This document shows positions 12,716 through 27,053 of a stretch of 64,000 bases of DNA, piece after piece (the stretch's first letter is position 1; each line of letters opens with the position of its first letter). The stretch is from Octopus sinensis (taxonomy: Eukaryota). The DNA lies in assembly GCF_006345805.1 (NCBI RefSeq), contig NW_021836296.1, positions 3,985 through 67,984 of the forward strand. Reading direction: 5' to 3'. The notes under the pieces were generated by a model that saw only the letters and a list, made by a program, of their open reading frames with translations, was not told where the DNA came from and did no database searches. Made by a program: the position numbers and the translations under genes.

Positions 12716-13220
12716 CTTTTCTACTAAGGTTTGAAGGCCTGAAATTTTGCGGGGATGAGCCCGAAGGGATGAAAAGTAAAGTTGATCTTAGTGGAATTTG
12801 AACTCAGAACGTAAAGACAGACGAAATACCTATTTCTTTACTACCCACAAGGGGCTAAACACAGAGGGGACAAACAAGGACAGACAAACGTATTAAGTGA
12901 TTATATCGACCCCAGTGCGTAACTGGTACTTAATTATCGACCCCGAAAGGTGAAAGGCAAAGTCGACCTCGGCGAAATTTGAACTCACAACGAAGGCGAC
13001 TAAATACTATTTCTTACTACCCACAAGGGGCTAAACACAGAGAGGACAAACAAGGACAGACAAACGGCTAAATCGATTATATCGAACCCAGTGCGTAACT
13101 GGTACTTAATTTATCGACCCCGAAAGGATGAAAGGCAAAGTCGACCTCGGCGGAATTTGAACTCAGGACGTAAAGACAGACGAAATACCGCTAAGGAATT
13201 CACCCGGTGTGTTGACGATT
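12716..13220 (-). mobile_element. SINE family B multimer (about 3 bodies plus terminal tail)
   Basis: Repeated gaaaggcaaagtcgacctcggcggaatttgaactc units; junction gacgaaatacctatttctttact. Confidence 0.85.
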
Positions 13221-13624
13221 CTACCACATCAACGATAATAACAACCTCAGCAGCATCTCCCTATCACAGATCATCGAGATGATGACATACAATATCCCAA
13301 ACCCTGGTTAACGTTTTTTTTCGTCAGCGGGACAACTGATATCCGGAAGGCGAAGAAGGAAAAGACGTCACATGACATGGTGTTATCCGGCTGGTTACCT
13401 ATCTTGCCAGAGTTCAATACCCACCAGGGGTGATCTCAAATTATGCAATTCTCCGTATGATGTTTCCATGCTGTATCTAAATTTGGTAATTGGAAAGGGA
13501 GCGGGATAAGTAATCACTGGTCCGCTAGGGAGAGGAGATAAGACCCTAGGATATGCATAGATATATATATACTCTCAATTTCTGATTCTCCTGCAGGTTA
13601 TCCATGGGTTCTACTTTTAATAGG

Positions 13625-13793
13625 CACACACACACACACGCAGGTATATGAATATATGCATACATACATATATATATGTGAGTGTGTGTGTGTGTGTGTG
13701 CGTGTCTGTGTGTGTGTGTATATAAATATATACATATATACGTGTGTCTGTGTATATATAAATATATATGTATGTATGTATGCATGTGTATAT

Positions 13794-13850
<57 letters not shown>

Positions 13851-13931
13851 GGTGCCTCAACTTGAGTACCTAATTCATCTGAATCTAAATTTTTGCTATA
13901 CATATATATATATATATACATATATATATAC

Positions 13932-14024
<93 letters not shown>

Positions 14025-14074
14025 TATGTATGTATGTCTGTATGCATATATGTATATATATACATATATATATG

Positions 14075-14155
<81 letters not shown>

Positions 14156-14350
14156 ATATACATATATATGCATATATATATATGTGTATATATATATGAA
14201 TGTATTCGTAAAGCCACACTATGTTGTTCTATTTTATTTCTCTCTTTCTCTCTCACTCTCTTTCTCCCTATATATATAGAGACAGACAGACAGACAGATA
14301 GATAGATATAGATATAGACACATACATATATGTATGTATATGTATGTATG
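13625..14350. repeat. (TA)n/(CA)n/(TATG)n microsatellite field
   Basis: Direct reading. Confidence 0.95.
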
Positions 14351-14880
14351 TATTAAACTCATGCATACAGCTACGCATTCATCTAGGCGCGTGTCTTCGT
14401 GTTTTTGCATACTAATACGCTCTTCACCACATATTGAACAATAACTTCCTGTTACTTTTGTAAACTATAACCTCTGTGTATGCATATATTTATATAGGTG
14501 CGTATACATCTTAGTATGTATATATGTATATATATATATATAATTATATATGTATGAATTTGTGTATTTATATGTATCTACAAACAATTAGTTAGGCAGG
14601 AGGCCAAATTCTGTTTGTCTGAGCCTGTGTGTGTATTTGTGTATATGTATGTGTGTGGGTGCGTGTTTGTGTGAATGTGTGCGTGTTTGTGTGTATGTGT
14701 GTGCGCGGGCACGCACGCGAGCATGCGTATGAATGACTATGTAAGGTTGTTAAATGAACCACGAAACATTAACGTTAAGACAGAGCCGTCAGATGTGCAG
14801 TCGGGTGCAGCCATGTATTACCAATATTCATTTCTTACTGACCGCTGTATTAAATCTTATATAACACTCCTGGCTAATGT

Positions 14881-15045
14881 ACACACACACATACACACAC
14901 ACACTCATACGCATACACTCACACACACTCACACACACATACACTCACACACTCTCACACACATACACACACTCATACGCACACACACACTCACACACAC
15001 TCACACACATATACACACACTCACACACACTCACACACACACACA

Positions 15046-15084
<39 letters not shown>

Positions 15085-15290
15085 ACACACACTCACACAC
15101 ACTCAGACACACTCACACACACATACACTCACACACACTCACACACACTCACACACACTCACACACACATACATACACACACACACCACTCACACACACA
15201 CACACACACTCACACACAATCACACACACTCACACACACACACACACAGTCATACACACACACGCACACACTCATACACACACGCGCACA
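14881..15290. repeat. Degenerate (CA)n/(CACACACT)n tract
   Basis: Direct reading. Confidence 0.95.
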
Positions 15291-15914
15291 TTAATAGGAG
15301 CCAAATTGACTACGTATAAAGGGGAAATTTTGTTTCATCTCCCGAATTGTCGGAGGAGTGAACGGAGATGACAAGTTTATTAAACATAGAAGATATTCAG
15401 AGAAATGCATTGCTATGTTACAAAGGAGATTCAATACCCACGGGTGGGAGTGGGCAGAAAAGTTCCTGACTTTAAAGGAAGTCCGACTCAGAACGCAAAA
15501 AGCCAGACGCGGTAACGATTTTGCTCGCTCACCCCTTGATAGCATATAGAATATTAGATAAAAAATAAAAACTACTTGGGTAGGCAAAAGTCAAAAGGCT
15601 GGCAGTGTGTCGCGAACCCACGTTCATAAATATGACATGTGCTTCGAATGATTCCTGTGGATTTCTTCTTCTTGCTTTAGAAGCGTTGTTCTTACCGGTG
15701 TAAACGCCATGTTGTTTACATTACAACATTATTTTTGTTATCTTAGAAACTTGGAGAGATATGCAAGAAATCACTTTTACGAAAGAACTCGGAGTATTCA
15801 AAGTTAAAAGTAATCTTTTCTACCATAAGCACAATGCCTGAAATTTTAGGCGAAGTGGAAAGTCGACCCCAGTACTCAACTGGTACTTAATTTATCGACT
15901 CCAGAAAAGCAAAT

Positions 15915-16204
15915 ATTCTATCGGTCTTTTGGCCGAACCGCTACGTTACGGGGACGTAAACACAGCAGCATCGGTTGTCAAGCAATGGTGGGGGGACAAA
16001 TACAGACACACCAACATATACACACATGTACATATATATTCTACGGGCTTCTTTCAGTTTCCGCCTACTAAATCCACTCACAAGGCTCTGGTCGGCCTGA
16101 GGCTTTAGTAGAAGACACTTGCCCAAGGTGCCACGTAGTGGGATTGCACACGGAACCATGTGGTTCGTAAGCAAGCTACTTACCACACAGCCACTCCTAC
16201 GCCT
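15915..16204 (-). mobile_element. SINE family A
   Basis: Reverse complement of 2094-2400; ends accacacagccactcctacgcc. Confidence 0.85.
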
Positions 16205-16807
16205 ACGTTGATTTTTTTTTTTATTATTTAAATCAAGTTTTTACTTTAACGATAATAATACAGAATATGGAAGGGCCATAACTCTAAAAGAATTATGCCA
16301 GAAGGTAGCGTTTGTTTCGTTTAAAAAACTGCATATATGTATGGTGGGTTGAATGCGTGACTTCGTCTCTTTGATTGTCCTCCAACATGGCTTGCCGGCC
16401 GGTGTTAGTTTATTTACGTTCCCGTAACCACAGCGGTTCGTCAAAGCAGATCGATATAATAAGTACTCCAGGATTTAAAAGCACGTGTAAGTACTGAGGT
16501 TAGTTCGTTCGACAAAACTCTTAATGATGATGTTTTAAGTTTCTGATATGAATTGAACATATATTACTTATGACATATATAATTTTTTTTCAGAACCAGT
16601 AAAATATGCTGCGATATAAAAAAAAAAAACGAAAAATGACATGTATAGATAATAAAACGAAAACATCTACAAAAAAAAAAAAAACGGCGATTCTGAATGT
16701 ATTTGAATTAAGATGCTTAAATATATATCTTAATCTCTCCTTGTATCTTTAATATACAGGGGGAAAAATAGATTATATTATCTTTCAGATAAGGTTTTTA
16801 TAAACGA

Positions 16808-17316
16808 CTAGCAGTATCACCCGGCGTTGCTCGGGTTTGTAAGGGAAATAACTATATAAGCATTTTTAGAGAGTTACTTCCCTTATAAATTCGGGCTTTC
16901 TTAGCCATTTTTGTTTTGGTGTCTTCAAGCCATGAAGTCGTTGTTCTAAAAGAACGCTGGTCTCCTTCACAACGCATTACGACGTTGATTTCTTTACACT
17001 CCCTTCCCCACAGCTTCACGAGGGAGGGAAGGGGAAGAAGCAAACAGGTGCAGCTGTGAGCGTGGACGCCAACTCCGCCGCCATCGACACACGATGCATT
17101 TTATGCATTAAAATGGAATAAAAAATTATGTTAAATTATTTTTAAAATCGTAGACTCATCGTTGACGCGCGCTAATAATACTCAGACGGGCTCGATATGA
17201 ATCACGACTATAAGATACCCGGTTTTGGTTAAACTGCACCGCAAAATGTGGGAGGAGTTAGGAATCTAAATCGAAGGGGACAGACACTCACACAACTAGA
17301 GTTTTATATATATAGA
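16808..17316 (-). mobile_element. Non-autonomous Helitron
   Basis: On minus strand starts A|TCTATATATATAAAA and ends with subterminal GC hairpin CCCGAGCAACGCCGGG then GCTAG|T; AT insertion site, no TSD. Confidence 0.8.
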
Positions 17317-18127
17317 TTACTGCTGGCATTTTAAATATGGTATTAAGTACGTTAAAGGTGTATTTTGAGTACAGCTGAAAAATGACAAAAAGAAAAAAAT
17401 GCTATTGATTTTTATATAAATTTTAAAATGCTTTATATGAGCTGCAGTTCCTGCTACACAGAAGATATTAAAGACACAAACGGGAATATTACGTTTAAAT
17501 CAATTCAGTTTTGATTAGGTTTTATACGTTTTATGTGTGTGATACTAAGTACATAATGGTAAAATTCTATAAATAATTAATGAAGTTTTATAAAATAAGA
17601 TTTAAACTATGATGAGAGGAAAGTCAGCGAAAGAAGAAAAAAAAAACAAAAACAACAACAGAACATTAATATTGTATGAAACGCTGACCTAAGAGAGAAT
17701 CTCTCTAAGAAGTCAAGCGAAGATTATTACGGAATAATTGAAAGATGAGGTTGAGTGTCAGAGTTATCACCATGGGGATTTACTACTACTACTACTACTA
17801 CAACTATTAAAAAGAAGGTGAAGGAGGAGAAGACGAAGGAGAAGAAGAGGTAGAAGAAGACAAAGAAGAATGACGACGATGAAGGTGATGATGATGATGG
17901 TAGTGGTGGTGGTGGTTTTGGTGGTGGTGGTGGTGATGGTGGTGGTGGTAGTGGTGGTGGTAGTTATGATGGTGGTGGTGGTGGTGGTGGAGGCGATGAT
18001 GATGATGGTAGTGATGGTGGTGGTGGTGGTGGTGGTCGTCGTCGTCGTGGCGGCGGCGGTGGTGATGATAATGGTGATGATGAATATGATGATGATGAGG
18101 TTGATGATGATGATAACCATAACAGTC

Positions 18128-18512
18128 GCTTGACCTTAACCAGTTGAGTATGTCCCTTAACGGCTAACGATATGTACATCTTTGCTGACGAGCAGGATTA
18201 GTGGAAAAGCGTCGTAGTCATGAATCGAGAGGAATTCTTTAGGGTTTGAATAATTCACCTCTAAAAACATGAGTGCTTCATTCGACGTCCTTAAACAAAC
18301 CCTTATTCAGGGATCTTTTGAGTAAGATGGGTTACTCAACCTGAAGAAAATTCTAACTGGGCCCCACCTGCAAGGTCATGCGCTGTTTATTTTGATACAA
18401 AATCACCATGTCGCACATATATGGTCGTGATGTATGTTCCTCATGTACCCTTAGGAAATGGATAGTCATAATGGGTATATTCGTATATTTGTACCCCAGT
18501 GTCACTTTGATG
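18128..18512 (+). mobile_element. Family E retroposon, diverged and truncated
   Basis: Homologous to 3885-4272. Confidence 0.75.
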
Positions 18513-18522
18513 GCGTGCGTAG

Positions 18523-18557
<35 letters not shown>

Positions 18558-18559
18558 TA

Positions 18560-18605
<46 letters not shown>

Positions 18606-18626
18606 GTATATATATATATATATATC

Positions 18627-18665
<39 letters not shown>

Positions 18666-18669
18666 ATTA

Positions 18670-18890
18670 TTTGTGTGTCTGTGTTTGTCCCCCAACATCG
18701 TTTGACAACTGATGCTGGTGTGTTTACGTCCCCGTAACTTAACGGTTCGGCAAAAGATACCGATAAAATAAGTACTAGGCTTACAAAGAATAAGTCATGG
18801 GGGTCGATTTGCTCGACTAAAGGCGGGTACTCCAGCATGGCCACAGTCACCTGACTGAAACAAGTAAAAGAGTAATAGAGAGTAAAGAGT
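18670..18890 (+). mobile_element. SINE family A, 3' half
   Basis: tttgacaactgatgctggtgtgtttacgtcccc...gactgaaacaagtaaaagag. Confidence 0.8.
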
Positions 18891-19450
18891 ATAGTGACGA
18901 CTTAAAACCGAGTATATGTTATACAGTTCTCAGAAGAGTCCTACAGGATGTTTGTCGCATGATTTCTACCAGGAAATGCATGTGTAAAATGGTAGGTCAT
19001 GGTTAGCAAAAATACCAAACGAAATATGAAGGAAGCTTTTGTAATGGTCTACGAGGGAGTGGCTGCAGACAAAACACAACAACATTAATAGGAATGGAAT
19101 TTGTAATAGTAAATTATTATCACATGCCGGGTGTGTGGTGAGGGAGCAAGGTTTAATATTAGAAATACGTTATTGTGGTGTAAAGCAGCCCAAAATACAT
19201 TTCTGAAGGCCAAAGACTTTTACGAGTATCAAAATTATTATTAGATTAGGAAACATTATTTATTGTTAGAAGCATATGTATTGTTAATGTATAAAACGTA
19301 TTACGGACTAATAATAGAAGTGTATTAAAGGCTTGTATCTGTTTTAATGCTTTTGGATATATTTTTATACCTCATTTTATTTATTAGTACTTGGTAATAA
19401 AAGAAGAAACTGGTACTCCGTCGGTTGCGACTACGAATATATATATATGT

Positions 19451-19832
19451 GGAGGCACAATGGCCCAGTGGTTAGGGCAGCGGACTCGCAGTCGTAGGAT
19501 CGCGGTTTCGATTCCCAGACCGGGCGTTGTGAGAGTTTATTGAGCGAAAACACCTAAAGTTCCACGAGGCTCCGGCAGGGGATGGTGGTGATCCCTGCTG
19601 TACTCTTTCACCACAACTTTCTCTCACTCTTACTTCCTGTTTCTGTTGTACCTGTATTTCAAAAGGGCCGGCCTTGTCACTTTCTGTGTCACGCTGAATA
19701 TCCCCGAGAACTACGTTAAGGGTACACGTGTCTGTGGAGTGCTCAGCCACTTACACGTTAATTTCACGAGCAGGCTGTTCCGTTGATCGGATCAACCGGA
19801 ACCCTCGTCGTCGTAACCGACGGAGTGCTTCC
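19451..19832 (+). mobile_element. SINE family C, full length
   Basis: Near-identical to 7087-7468; tatatatatgt on both flanks. Confidence 0.9.
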
Positions 19833-20586
19833 TTATATATATGTATATGTTCTTTTTGCGGTTTCTAGTACCTTGTATAAATCAGGGGTACGAGCTGTCA
19901 GAATCGTTGGTACGCTGGGCAAAGTGCTTCGAGATACTTTGCGTTTCATCCTTTCGGGGGTCGATAAAATAAGTACCTGTTGAATACTGGGGTCGGCATA
20001 ATCTCCAACCCCTAATTTGCTGGCATTGTGCCAAAATTTGAAACCAATATATGAATAAGGATGTTGTTATAAATGATAACATCCGGCCGAAGCAACTTAT
20101 CTTTTACAAGTCGGTGCTCCAGCATGGCCGCAGTCAAATGACTGAAACAAGCAAAAGAGGAAAAGATTAAATAAATAAGCATTCCTTTGATGGGTTGGAA
20201 GGGAACGACATGTTTATATGAGAGATGGAGCCCCTGACAGTCAGGGCCGACGTTGCATCTCCCGTTTGTGTTTGTGCAAACATGGGGAAGGTTTTTTTTT
20301 TCTTAAGGCAAGCAGTCGCCCTTTCATACATGTCTTGCCTCTCTAAAACACCGATATTTATACATTTGGTAGACGGAAACTGAAAGAAGCCCGAATTTGT
20401 TAAATACACTTTTGCACCAATATTGTCGCAGTCAGAACGCAAAATGCCAGAAGTCATGCAGCAACTCCATAACAGTTTCATGAAACGCATTGCTTTAGTT
20501 GGTACACGCTTACTGGCCTGGCTTGGACTGGATTTGAACTCAGAGCGTTATTAAAGGGAGCAAATGCCGCCAGACGTACTTTCTTA

Positions 20587-21201
20587 TTTCTTTATTGCCC
20601 ACAAGGGACTAAACATAAAGGGGACAAACAAGGACAGACAAGGGGATTAAGTCGATTACATCGACCCCAGTGCGCAACTGGTACTTATCTAATCGACCCC
20701 GAAAGGATAAAAGGCAAAGTCGACATCGGCGGAATTTGAACTCAGAACGTAACGGCAGACGAAATACCTATTTCTTTACTACCCACAAGGGGCTAAACAC
20801 AGAGAGGACAAACAAGGACAGACACACGAATTAAGTCGATTATATTGACACCAGTGCGTAACTGGTACTTATTTAATCGACCCCGAAAGGATGAAAGGCA
20901 AAGTCGACCTCGGCGGAATTTGAACTCAGAACGTAACGGCAGACTAAATACCTATCTCTTTACTACCGACAACTGGTACTTATTTAATCGACTCCGAAAA
21001 GATGACAAGGACAGACAAAGGGACATAAGGTATTAAGTCGATTATATCGACTCCAGTGCGTAACTGGTACTTATTTAATCGACCCCGAAAGGATGAAAGG
21101 CAAAGTCGACCTCGGTGGAATTCGAACTCTGAGCGTAACGGCAGACGAAATACGGCTAAGCATTTCGCCCGGCGTACTAACGTTTTTGCCAGCTAGCCGC
21201 C
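20587..21201 (-). mobile_element. SINE family B multimer (3-4 bodies)
   Basis: Repeated bodies; flanks agacgtactttctta / agacatactatctta look like a decayed TSD. Confidence 0.85.
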
Positions 21202-21868
21202 AGACATACTATCTTACGCTCAAATGGTGCCTGCCAATTATACGAATTACGAACTTAATTTGATCGAGATATGCTTTAAATGAAACTGGGCGATTTTGGT
21301 TGTAATTATTAAATCAAATTTAGATATGGAAGATGAAGAAGTGTGACGAGGAAAAAGAATTTCGGTTTAATAAAATCGGTTGTTACCGTACAGTTATCGT
21401 TAAGCAATATGGTGTAAAAGCACAGATACGTTAAATTGGTTGAAGGTATAGGAACGTGTGTTAGCATAAATATTATATTTAAATTTAGTATATTAAGACG
21501 AGTAGACAAAAAATAACTGCTCCAATGAAGACACGGAATTATGGTGTATTATTATTTTATAGGCAAGCAGAAGCAGCAAATTAGTATAAAAAGGAAAGAG
21601 AAAATTCCGAATGAGTTAAGTATGAAAAATAAGTTATAAAAAGAATTCAAAATGGTTAAGAAAAAATAGAAGTAAACGGATACGTGTGCTAGATACCGCA
21701 AATGCATATATACATAAATATAAGTGGAGGCGCAACGGCCCAGCGGTTAGGGCAGCGGACTGGCGGTCATTATTTTTTCCTGATTACAATATGTAGATTT
21801 AAATGAAATGCGGCAATATGCAAATTTAAAAGAAATGAAGCAATCTAACGCTGCTACATAAAGAGAGT

Positions 21869-22254
21869 GGAGGCGCAATGGCCCAGTGGTTAGGGCAGCG
21901 GACTCGCGGTCATAAGATCGCGGTTTCGATTTCCAGACCGGGCGTTGTGAGTGTTTATTGAGCGAAAACACCTAAAAAGCTCCACGAGGCTCCGGCAGGG
22001 GATGGTGGTGATCCCTGCTGTACTCTTTCACCACAACATTCTCTCACTCTTACTTCCTGTTTCTGTTGTACCTGTATTTCAAAAGGGGCCGGCCTTGGCA
22101 CTCTCTGTGTCACGCTGAATATCCCCGAGAACTACGTTAAGGGTGCACGTGTCTGTGGAGTGCTCAGCCACTTACACGTTAATTTCACGAGCAGGCTGTT
22201 CCGTTGATTCGGATCAACCGGAACCCTCATCGTCGTAACCGACGGAGTGCTTCC
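21869..22254 (+). mobile_element. SINE family C, full length (isolated head-only copy at 21725-21768)
   Basis: Near-identical to 7087-7468. Confidence 0.9.
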
Positions 22255-22696
22255 ACATAAATAAATGAATATTTCAATAAATAAAAAGTGGTATAAAAAT
22301 ATATCCAAAACTTCGAGGTATGAATGTGTGGTTATAGCGGAGAATTATATGTGTGTAAGCACAAAGTCTAGGGTTACTGTGAAATGCGATGAATATAAAA
22401 AATAAAGTAGCTTTAGAATAATTCATATTTGGTAATTATTAGAAATGTAGATTATGTAAGTTAATGAGCTGTGTATAATTATTATGTGTTCAGGTATATT
22501 TTATTGGTTTAAAATATTGGAGATTTAAAAAAAAATTCTTCATGCACAAGATTGGATGCGTCCAGAGTGTCTGTTTAGCATGCTAGAATCACTAGCACAG
22601 CAGCATGGTCAGGTATGGAGAAAATGCAATAATGATGTGTTTGTATATTTCCAGTATATAATTAGTTAAGGCGAGTATCTTTCATTTTGAGGATTA

Positions 22697-22772
<76 letters not shown>

Positions 22773-22784
22773 GTTATTATTATT

Positions 22785-23072
22785 GAGTGAGAGAGCAGTG
22801 CATGCCATCAAAGTGACACTGGGGTAAAATATACGAACCCCAGTATACCCGTCATGACTACCCGTCTGATAAGGGCACACCAGGCACATGCATCACAACC
22901 ATATGTGTGCGACATGGTGATCTCATATCAAGAAAAACAGCACATGACCTTGCAGGTGGGGCCCAGTGAGAATTTTCTTCAGGTTGAGTAGCCCATCCCG
23001 CTCAAAAGGTCCCTGAATAAGGGTTATTTAAGGATGTTGAAAGAACCACCCATGTTTCCACAGGTGAATTAT

Positions 23073-23075
<3 letters not shown>
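22785..23075 (-). mobile_element. Family E retroposon, 5'-truncated, within (ATT)n
   Basis: Reverse complement of ~4003-4292; (ATT)n on both sides. Confidence 0.8.
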
Positions 23076-23128
<53 letters not shown>

Positions 23129-23626
23129 GAGTGAGAGAGCAGTGCATGCGATCAAAGTGACACTGGGGTAAAATATACGAACCCCAGTATACCCATCATG
23201 ATAACCCGTCTGATAAGGGTACACGAGGCACATGCATCACAACCATATGTGCGCGACATGGTGATATCATATCAAGATAAACAGCACATGACCTTGCAGG
23301 AGAGGCCTAGTTAGAATTTTTTCTTCAGTTTGAGTAACCTATCCCACTCAAAAGGTCCCTGAATAAGGGTTGTTTAAGGGTGTTGAACGAAACACCCATG
23401 TTTCCTAAGGTGAATTATTCAAACCCCAAAGAATCCTTCTCAACACATGGCTATGATGCTCCCCCACTACTTCTGCTCGTGATCAGAGATGCACATATCG
23501 TCAGCCACTAAGGGACATGCTCAACCGGTTATGGTCAAACAACTGACAAACAAATCTGTGGTATTGAGCAGAATATTTGCTGTAGCCCATCTTTTATACC
23601 AAGACAAAACAATGCTGTAGCCCATC

Positions 23627-23629
<3 letters not shown>
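23129..23629 (-). mobile_element. Family E retroposon within (ATT)n
   Basis: Reverse complement of ~3808-4292; (ATT)n on both sides. Confidence 0.8.
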
Positions 23630-23668
<39 letters not shown>

Positions 23669-23674
23669 GGTCAA

Positions 23675-23888
23675 AGTGTTGAGCTGGCAGAATCATTAAC
23701 ATGCTGGACAAAATGCTTAGCGGCATTTTGTCAGTCTTACATTCTCAGTTCAAATTTTGTCAAGGTCGACTTTGTCTTCCTTCCTTTTGAGGTAAATAAA
23801 ATAAGTACCAGTTGAGCACTGGGGTTGATGTAATCGACTATTCCCCTCCCCCAAATTTTCAGGCCTTATGCCTATAGTAGAAAGGATT
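23675..23888 (+). mobile_element. SINE family B monomer with tail 2
   Basis: gagctggcagaatcattaac head, agttcaaatt B box, tail cccctccccc...ggccttatgcctatagtagaaaggat. Confidence 0.8.
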
Positions 23889-24636
23889 TTATATTATAAA
23901 TAGTTGTTGCTTTTACGTTCCATATGAATTTTGAATACGCTGAACCACTGCTTTTTTTCGGTTGTGCAAATATGCATGGTCCTATTACCCTAATACCTAA
24001 ATTTGAAGATAAATAGGAGTAAGACAAATATAAGAGAAACGTATATTGTTGGTTTCTTCCGACAACTACAAAACTGCTCCCTAAGCTACAACTTGAAAAA
24101 TCTCTACAAAGAAAGCATCTTTCTACACCTCAAATTGAGCTGCTCCAATCGTTTGATTAAAATTTGTTCAGCTAATTAAGAATATGGAATTCTGAAGGCA
24201 TAGCAGTAGATAAAGTGAAAGCGAAAATGCAACGACTGAAGTATTGAGATAAAATATTTTACTCAATCTGCTGAGAATCTGATCAGAATTTGCATGAAGC
24301 CAATAAATCTAATTATCATAGATTATTATCGAAATCCATAATGAATATATTCAAACCTCTGCGAGATTATTTTTAAAGACTTCAATGCGCGCAGCCAAAA
24401 ATTAAGCTAATTATGTGGGAATTTGCAACCGAGCGAAACCAACTATATTTAGATTCGCGCATAGAATACTCAAATAATATGAAACAATTTTGGGAAAAAA
24501 ACCCATTAGTTAATGATAAATCTTTGTCCTATATTTCACGTGAGATACGCACGTGATATACATGTGAAGCAGTTGGTCGTCTTTCTTTTCATGACTGTAC
24601 AGCTAGGATTCTATTTCCTTTTTTAAAAAAAATATT

Positions 24637-24962
24637 TCAGTCATTTGACTGCGATCATGCTGCAGCAACTCCTTGAAGGGTTTTAGTCAAACAGATAAAC
24701 CCAGGGATTTATTTTTTTAAAGCCTAGTATACTTATCCTTTTACGCCGAACCGCTAAGTTACGGGGACGTAAACACACAAACACCTGTTGTCAAGCATTC
24801 ACAAATACACCAACGAGCTTCTTTTCAGTTTCCGTCTACAAAATTCACTCGCAGGGCTTTGGTCGGTTTCTAGGCTATAGTAGAAAACACTTGCCCAAGG
24901 TGCTATGCAGGAGGACTGAAACCAAAACCATGTGGTTGGTAAGAAAGCCTCTTACCACACAG
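24637..24962 (-). mobile_element. SINE family A, diverged
   Basis: Reverse-complement homology to 2094-2500. Confidence 0.75.
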
Positions 24963-25295
24963 CTGCGATTTCATATTTTCTTTAACACAAAACATACATG
25001 TGCTCAGCAGACACACCCAAAACCATACGCATAGTCACGTGCACCACATGTGGCTCTGCTTGTTAGTGTAAGAAGAACATGTGCATCTGTGTATGTGTAT
25101 ATATATATACACACAAACATATATGTATATATCTATATATATCTATATATCATATATACATATATATGTATATATATATATATGCATATACTTACATACA
25201 CACAGACACATATGCATTTATATATATATATATATATATCATATATACATATATATATACCATATATTTATAATCTATGCATATATATTTGTATA

Positions 25296-25357
<62 letters not shown>

Positions 25358-25780
25358 ATATATAAGTATACAAATATATATATATACACGCATAATAGTA
25401 TGTACACACATATATTTCTGTGTGTGCTAATGCCTATGTGTATACGTTGCTATTTGTATGTATGTATGTATGTATGTATGTATGTATGTATGTATGTATG
25501 TATGTATGTATCTGTGCGTCTGTGTATCTGTGTGCCTATGTGAGTGCGTTTTGCGCTTGCGCAGTTGGAATCGTAATCGGCTACGTGCCGAAATGGTAAT
25601 AAGCTAAGTTGGCGGATGTTGTACTTGAAACTATGTCTAATTTATAATATCGTTCTCTTTCCGTGTATGTCTTGAATCGAATGAATACGATTATTGTGGA
25701 TATGTTTATATGGTATCAAGTACATATCGGCTCATCTGTCATGTCACTGTAAACACTGCAGGCAGGAAAAATACACCCCG

Positions 25781-25818
<38 letters not shown>

Positions 25819-26509
25819 AGAACAAAGTGTACGTACGCCGCTATATATATATACATACATATATACACATATATACATATATATATATATGTGTGCATGT
25901 GTAGGTGTGTAGGTGTGCGTGTGTACGTATTTGACTCTGTGTGTGAGTATATGCGTGCGCGTGTTTATAAATTGCATAAGATCTCAATGTAATGTATAAA
26001 CTATATACAACGTTTTCAAGTGAAATCCGTAACTACATGAATCATGCAACGCTCCCAATCATGGCGATCTTTACTATTATTTATCTTTATATTATACAAC
26101 TCTTTGTTGTGTTTGTGTGTGTGTGTATGTGTGTGCCTTCATCTTGATATAATATATAAACACGCACAAAGCAACCGTTCTTCATATGCAGACATTACAG
26201 AACAAAACAGTCCAACGCTCAACAGATTTTCTACGAAGATTTCTTGAAGAAGATGTGCTAGGCCCAAAATATAGAAATACAAAATAAAAGTACAAACCAT
26301 TGAGTTGTATTACATTTTATGACTTGTACAGCTTTAACTTCGAGGTAACATTAAAACACTTTATATATTTATGCATCTATATTTATTTATTTATTTATTT
26401 ATTTATTAATATACACACATATATATAAACAATAGGTTAAATCGAGATACATATGACAATGCAATAATTTATTTATATTCTAATATAAAGGTATACTATG
26501 AATATAATA

Positions 26510-26867
26510 TCTATTATATAAAATCCGTTCTGTCTGTCTGTGTGTCTTCTTGGATCTCGGGCATCCTCCATCCGATTGCGCTCAAAATTTGAATATGCAG
26601 ATACCGACGGTACCAGGTCGTGTATAAGTCTTGAAAAAATTACAAAAGTCGATTCCAGGTGAGAATGCGATCGATAAAGCCGTTTTTCTTTGGAATAGAA
26701 AAAAAGTCTATCTTTATTTCTTCTTTTGCTGATGTCTCAAATTTAGTTTAAATCAGTGTTTCTCAAAGGGGAGGCCTATGGGACGGTCAGACAAGTTGTT
26801 TCGAGAAAATTTTGTTTAAATATTTGACAACTCAGCACCGTCCATTGGACGGGGTGCGTTTTGCTAG
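26510..26867 (+). mobile_element. Non-autonomous Helitron
   Basis: A|TCTATTATATAAAA start followed by (tctg)n; 3' hairpin gcaccgtccattggacggggtgc then GCTAG|T. Confidence 0.8.
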
Positions 26868-26973
26868 TAATATAATATAAACAATAATTTAAAAAACTAA
26901 AAATTCCAACAATTTTTCTTTTTACAATCCAGCAATTCTTTCAGACAGAATTTCGTCTATCTACACACCAATT

Positions 26974-27053
26974 GCCCCGATGAGGCTTATATATAAGGGA
27001 ACTGTATTATTTATATATCAAAAAATGTATATAAATCGAAACAAATTGTTGGC
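26974..27053 (+). ncRNA. Decayed type I hammerhead ribozyme motif (Penelope-like element remnant)
   Basis: gcc-CCGATGA-(long AT-rich stem II)-GAAA-caa-a-ttg-TT-ggc; one core substitution (U4>C), stem I only 3 bp. Confidence 0.4.

Noticed and set aside
14722-14880. Non-repetitive part of ORF 14675-15319 (VKTEPSD)
   Set aside because: Short, flanked by microsatellites, no recognisable domain or consistent splice pair
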